Positions 63,558-64,000 of a stretch of DNA of 64,000 nucleotides are shown here, one piece after another. The stretch covers positions 9,639 to 73,638 of IMG/VR virus record IMGVR_UViG_2634166464_000002. The stretch is one strand, 5' to 3'. The translations under genes were made by a program, and so were the position numbers. The notes beneath the pieces were generated by a model. That model had not been told where the DNA came from. It saw only the letters and a list, made by a program, of their open reading frames with translations, and did no database searches. The stretch comes from a virus. Its lineage: Duplodnaviria; Caudoviricetes. Within the stretch, counting starts at the first letter, position 1. The number at the start of each line of letters is the position of its first letter.

Positions 63558-63647
63558 CGTTTCGCCTTGAGGCAGTGCGTGCGACCTGCCTCACACGAAG
63601 CGCCCGCTTCACCCTGCAGTAGTGCAACCCCAGAAGGATGTAAGACC

Positions 63648-64000
63648 ATGTCAAAGCGCACCACCCTCAGCGATTCCGCTCTCCTGAAGCACCTCGATGC
63701 CCTCGGGCACCTGGGCTACACGATCGGCAACGATGATTGGTTTGCGGCCCTGGACTTTCACGCGGAGGGCGACCGGCTCGCCTATCACGTTGTCGTCGAC
63801 TGCCAGAGCGCAGGATTCACGGACACGATGGAGTCCGGTGTGATCCCGCTCGCCAACTGGCAGGCCCTCGTGAACCTGCCGTTCACCTGGGCTGAGACCG
63901 CAAACGAGAACGGCGGTATCCGGAGCGAGGTGGATCTGAACTCCACCGCTGCGGCCTGGGAGCGTGAACTCCGCAAGGCTGCGACGGCCCGCCGTGACGA
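63648..64000 (+). CDS. Early hypothetical protein (runs off the window)
   Basis: MSKRTTLSDSALLKHLDALGHLGY..., open to the end of the window; AAGGA RBS. Confidence 0.6.
   Translation, partial: MSKRTTLSDSALLKHLDALGHLGYTIGNDDWFAALDFHAEGDRLAYHVVVDCQSAGFTDTMESGVIPLANWQALVNLPFTWAETANENGGIRSEVDLNSTAAAWERELRKAATARRD

Noticed and set aside
1-64000. Integrase, att site, protelomerase, tRNA or IS element
   Set aside because: None recognised by eye; they could lie outside the window and tRNAs were not scanned computationally.

Overview
This window is most of the genome of a GC-rich temperate siphophage, probably infecting a Hyphomicrobiales/Rhizobiales-type alphaproteobacterium (host is inferred). Both ends cut through genes. 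Left to right: (1) a leftward replication/modification operon with a DnaB fragment, a Vut/YhhQ-type transporter, a TGT-fold DpdA-like transglycosylase, an MT-A70 methyltransferase, a RuvC-like resolvase and a ParB-N protein; (2) a cro/cI switch; (3) a RecT recombination operon; (4) a plasmid-like replicon (winged-helix Rep candidate, counter-transcribed RNA, WGR protein, 9-bp periodic array, ParA, two RHH genes) with no integrase in the window, suggesting a phage-plasmid; (5) small accessory genes; (6) a complete minus-strand late region (lysis, tail fibres, tail, HK97-type head, terminase, HNH); (7) accessory genes ending in a radical SAM gene; (8) a candidate cos end near 58.25 kb. After that comes the most unusual region, a rightward early module. 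It contains two polar arrays of shuffled short words (CTCCTGGC, CTCGAG), shifted composition with many GANTC sites, and small genes mostly preceded by the same covarying RNA hairpin just upstream of the ribosome-binding site. A GGRGAA-N4-TTCYCC operator recurs at five promoter regions. All family calls come from motif recognition by eye; no database search was run.
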